A stretch of DNA of 55,838 nt, counting the filler, from Platydemus manokwari (lineage: Eukaryota): assembly GCA_037951405.1 (NCBI GenBank). It is 4 parts of 4 records of this genome, joined end to end, with 100 filler letters (N's around TTAATTAATTAA, not from the genome) between each part and the next. Parts side by side here need not be neighbours in the genome. Positions count along the whole stretch, not along the records: positions 45,082 to 55,838 come from JBBMOY011108220.1; 3 more parts are not named here. The stretch is one strand, 5' to 3'. The notes beneath the pieces are model-generated. The model was given only the letters and a program-made list of their open reading frames with translations. It had not been told where the DNA came from and did no database searches. This document shows, in pieces, positions 50,965 to 55,838 of the stretch. Position 1 is the stretch's first letter; every line of letters starts with the position of its first letter. A program made the position numbers and the translations under genes.

Positions 50965-53575
50965 TATATCAATCAATAATTTAATCAACATCAAAAATCG
51001 AACCATGAAGGAACCACAAAAATGTCGAGAACAAAAAGATCCACTGTTTACATATTATTGCTTATATTTTTTCGAAAATGTTTATCTTTGAGCTGCTGGA
51101 TTGATTGGACTAAATTTTTGAGGTGCAGCAACTGGCTTTGTAAATGAAAGAAATAAATTTAATTTGGTTAGAGGCTAATGTCATTTTACCAGGTCTGACC
51201 ATCAAAAAACAAAACTAATTATAATAAAATCGAATAATTCCACACAAGTTCATGAAAATAGCAAGAAAATAAATTTCCAGTAGTTTATGTAAATGTATCT
51301 TACTGTAGGGTCTTCCATTAAAATACTGGGCATTTAGGGAATCCAGATTTTTGATTCTGCATGGTCTTCTATCGTGCTTGTCTTGAATGCAGAATAACGT
51401 GTCCTATCCACATTGTAATAACGTGTAACGCTGTCTTCAATGATACGCAATTGTGATGAGTCACTCGCAGATATTTTCTTCGGTAAATTTTAATGCCACG
51501 GTATTTATTATTTTCTCTCTGGAATTTATTTATCGGTGAGATAAATTCTCTTCGATTAAATTTAATTTGATGAATATTTTACTCAGCGACTGTATTTATT
51601 GTGCGCGATAATAGATGGTGATTTATTTATAGATGTTATTGCGCGATAATATATTGCATGTTGTTATTTTATAAATTAATTTATTATTTAGGGAAATTTC
51701 AATGAATTTGTTCTAGGTGGGTTTACTGATATTATTATTTTACATATTTATAGATAATAATTATTATAAATATTAACACATTGTCCTACTTTAAGCTGAT
51801 TTCACTCAAATGTTCAAAGAGTTATTAAGATATAAAAGTACACTCTGATTAAATAAAAATTAATACAATAAAGGTTAATGCACACTTCATACGTATTGTC
51901 ATGCATAAAAATATGAATATTGTAAAAATTATTATACAATGTTGCACAAAGCTTTAGTCTGAATTAATCAAATTCCCTCTGTTGGAAGTACAGTAATATA
52001 TATTTAAAACTTTATAGTTAAATTTCAGAAGGAGTTATTACACTTATAGCATTCTAGGAAAAACAACTGAAATTATTGTTTTGTAAAGTCAATCGATTGA
52101 GTTAATATCATTGTGTAATTTGGTGACTCATTAATAAATTAGAATAAATTGCCGTGTTGATTTATTTTATACTAACAATTATAAAAAAGTCCCTGTTTAA
52201 GGACTCACACTATTGAAATTTCTGAGCTGATAGTAACAGTACTTACCCATCTTTCATAATAACAGCATTATTATCATCATTGATTCAATCCGTTGCATAG
52301 ATTATAAAATGAATTATATTAAACAGAGAGTTTTATTTTTGTTTAATATCATTGATTACAAAGTTCATAGAGAAGAGTCAGATTGAAGTTAAAGAGCCTG
52401 ATAAGCTTAAGTATAAACTTAATCATTGGGAAATTAATAGTTTTCAAATAAAACAAGAAATTTTACTTGGAAACACCAAACAAATACAATCTTTACATGT
52501 GAAGGATTTATTGAGCCATAAATACAGTTCGTATAATTATAAATGGATATATCAATGACACTGCGATGCTATTGTATCGATCGATAGATTTGGCAATTTA
52601 TTAATGATTATTTAATATCTGTCTCTTTAATATAAGCTGAATTACATTTTTATGATATATTAAATACACCTTAATTTTATTATTTATTTCATTATATTTA
52701 ATAGATCTATCTATAGATATAAAAGATGGAAATCGACATTTTGCTTACATATATATCATTCTAGTAGCAAAAACTAATCATAATATTTTATCTTAAATAT
52801 ATAAAGTATATAAATGTTCGACATTATTAATATTGAAAGAAAATATAGTCCTCCAATAAATGATATAAAATCTTTTATTGAATCACTATCAGACCAGAAC
52901 ATCATCACTTCATAAGTTGTCAGTGATTTCGAAGAATTATTTCATTTACATTTTTACTACCTCATATCCCACAAATGAAATACAAAAAACTAATACATAA
53001 GATTTATTCGCAATATATTCACGTTATATTACAAAGATCTGATAAGAGGCACTAGGACTTCAATTCATGGTCCTGCTACAACTTGAAATGAAATGACTTA
53101 TTACTAAGACTATTGATTATACCACTTACTAAAACACCTATTGTCCACATAATAGTTTATAATGTGTGTATATATATATATATCAATAAATATATAAAAA
53201 AATAAAATTTCCGATCCATACTAAATAATTAACCAACGCAATGTAATAAAATCGGTTAATAAAATATTTAATCATCATCATCTATACTCGACATTCGTTG
53301 GTAGATAAAGGAACATAAAGCAAATAAATACCCGATTAAAAGCATGGAACGAATGATACAGATAGAGCAATAAATTGACTGTTATCGCATCAATAAAGAT
53401 GCACAGTTGCACCACAAAACCATTTCGGTTTGTGAGTGAAAGAGACAAAGAGACAGAGATAGAGAGAGAGAGAAAGTGTCAGAGGGACAACAGATGGATA
53501 CAAGTGAAAAAGAAAAGTACATCACAGTTGATAATTAATCTAATAATACAGAATAAAATTTGATCACAATTTCTT

Positions 53576-53711
53576 TTAGATTTTTGGTAATTTTGAAGCA
53601 CTTATCATCGGGTTGGATTCCTTCAACCAACGACGGCCTTCGGATTTGTAATCATAGGTGCATTGATGTGTTTCCGCATATCGATGGCGACTACAGAAAT
53701 TGTGCTCGCAA
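53576..53711 (-). CDS. ZFAND4: Last coding exon of ZFAND4/ANUBL1 (AN1-type zinc finger); upstream exons not found in the window
   Basis: TTCTTTAG acceptor, then CEHNFCSRHRYAETHQCTYDYKSEGRRWLKESNPMISASKLPKI-stop, matching the ZFAND4 C-terminus (NFC..HRYAETH.CTYDYKS.GRR.L.E.NP...A.KLPKI). Confidence 0.92.
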
Positions 53712-53865
53712 CTAAAGAAGGAATAATTATCAAACATAACTCATATTTATCACAATCGATAACTTTATTGATAATTCACAATGGGACATAAATTGTTGCT
53801 ATATCACAAATATCGGTACTTTTGTTTGACGAAATATGTGTAGGATCAAAACATTGCTAATACAA

Positions 53866-55400
53866 GCCGCTACTATTTTAAAGCGCACGTATTGAAAACG
53901 AAATAAAGTGGCCGAATTATTAAAACAAATCAGTATTTTTAACATAGCTATTTTCACTTCGTTTTAAAATTCATTTTGAAATCAACATGTTCAATTTTCT
54001 TTAAAATCTTTGTTTTACTATGTATTCCTTAATTACCTCTGCATTAAATTCTCAAGATATTTATCCATAGAAAATATCTATTTCTTCTATCTACTTTATA
54101 TTCTCTCTATATCTTCCTTATTCTCTTGTATACATTTTCTGTTATTGATCTTCTTATAATTGAATCCAATGCATAATTGTCATGCAAGCCGCTACTATTT
54201 TATAAAGCACGCCTTAATAACGAATTGAAAAATCACAACCAAAAGTCACAACAATTGAAAGTCTATTTTAACCAAATTATTTAAATAAATTTAATTTTTG
54301 ATATCAATTATGAATTTAAAATTTTTCACATTTTAATTCATCTTAAAATCGTCACAACTAATAAACTATGCAATAAATGGAACTCAAATGAAAGGAAAAA
54401 ATCATAAAAAATTAGCAAAATCGTTTATTAGGCCACATCTCCGATTTCATGAACTATTTAAAAATATTACCGATAATTCCTTCGACGGACTGAAAAAATA
54501 ATCTTGATATTATAGTGTTGACGTAAAGATTATAAAACTTTGTTCGTAAAATCATTGAAATTTCAATAGGTAGCCATATACTACACTGGTTTCAAAGTCC
54601 TTTCTACCCATTATATCGGGGGCCCCCCGAACCCATAATTAATATTACCCGATTTTAGTATATCTCACTACTTGATCTTTTTTAATTTCTTTAATTACTG
54701 AGATGTGTCGAAAAGCAAAGCAAATTTCTGCATTCAAAGTCCGGATCATGTTCCATCTTCGTTTTATTCCCATAATAGACTAAATCAGAAAGTTAACAAG
54801 AAACGAAAATCCAATCAATTAAAGTACGCCAAAATAGGACACTTGAATCAATATGTATTCCTTCAATCACTCATACGTCGTTACGATGAATTTATCTTGT
54901 CAATTTTCGTTCATTAAATCATGACCTTAGTAAATACTCAAAAATGATTTGATTTTTGGTCACGAGAACATTCACAATAATCAAATAATGAATGTCAAAA
55001 TCGAATTCGAACTAACATACACAAACATGCATTCGGATCTGTGAAAATTTTAAGATGATAATGAGTTTTAAATGATATAAATTTCTAAGATTTGAAAATC
55101 TGATTTTATATATGGATTTGTTTAAATAATTGTAGGCTAATATAATTTTCTGTCGTGATTTTTCAATTCGTTCTTAATACGTGCCTTATAAAACAGTAGC
55201 GGCTGACAAGGCATGAGACATCAAATAATAGAAAAGGTGGAGGAAGATATAGATTATAGATTGTAGAAGTCATAAAATAGATAAAGGAAACAGAACTTTT
55301 TAATATAGTTAAATATCTATAGAATTTGATACCAAAGTATATAAAAAATCAAACATTTAATAGAAAAGGAAAATGTGAGTATATCAAAATGAAGATTTTT
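53866..55400. repeat. Tandem and inverted copies of the GCCGCTACTATTTT repeat unit inside the ZFAND4 intron
   Basis: Direct junction motifs at 53866 and 54188 (322-bp period) and an inverted copy ending at 55203 (about 55 bp of strong inverted similarity to 54188-54240, with weaker similarity beyond). Confidence 0.7.
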
Positions 55401-55838
55401 AAAAATTAGTTTGTTAAAATAAAGTTTACTTTTAACACTTGTTTTATTAAATAACAGTCGCTTACAGCACCAATTTATAACCATAGAAATTTAGATCAAT
55501 CGCATCCATTCTATGCTCAAAATGATGCACTCTTAACTTTTCGGATGGTTTACAGTAACCATCGAAGTTCACTGTGACATGTCATTGGTTACATTTTAAT
55601 GTAATTATTGACCACAATTGTTGTTTATCAAATCAATAAACAAAACGAAAAAAACACGGAAAGCCCATGGTTTATATATGGAGTCAACGGCTATTATAGA
55701 TAATTATCAACTAATTCCTATCACAATGGTATATAAAAACGAAGTCCTATTCCATTATTCCATGCAACAATATACAAGCAAACGCCTGCTTTAAGCACTC
55801 TAATTTTTTCAAAGTAAACTTGTCGGTTATTATCGAGA

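Noticed and set aside
51300-51500. RTE-like LINE tail fragments (MWIGHVI here; KNWIDDL near 30340)
   Set aside because: Single short motifs in stop-rich sequence; plausible relics but not delimitable.
53608-53630. GGTTGGATTCC hairpin as a tRNA T-arm or B box
   Set aside because: Fully explained by ZFAND4 coding sequence on the opposite strand; no cloverleaf.
55170-55215. Twister-ribozyme-like pattern at the repeat junction
   Set aside because: The required AAGC and pseudoknot pairings are missing and not conserved among copies.

Overview
Very AT-rich eukaryotic genomic DNA with short (about 50-nt) GT-AG introns. It looks like a triclad flatworm (planarian), but that is inferred from gene style only. 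The window is not one contiguous locus: three identical 100-bp N44-TTAATTAATTAA-N44 spacers join four contigs (1-12871, 12972-25109, 25210-44981, 45082-55838). Genes: an orphan 405-aa protein with tandem C2HC zinc-finger-like motifs (-), two SAM-domain exons of a DLC1/STARD13-type RhoGAP (+), an intronless divergent rhodopsin-class GPCR (+), the last five exons of VPS52 (+), an intronless 4-TM MS4A/CD20-like ORF (+), and the last exon of ZFAND4 (-). The DLC, ZFAND4 and last two VPS52 exons are absent from the ORF track. The rest is mostly transposon debris: a degraded RLE-type non-LTR retrotransposon (NeSL/R5/Utopia-like) and a second related remnant, a Tigger/pogo deletion derivative, a 123-bp hAT MITE, Tc1/mariner and LINE fragments, several solo-LTR-like repeats (one rich in hairpins) and a dispersed 320-410-bp tandem repeat. 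No multi-gene novel system can be supported. The best leads are the orphan zinc-finger gene and the structured LTR-like element.
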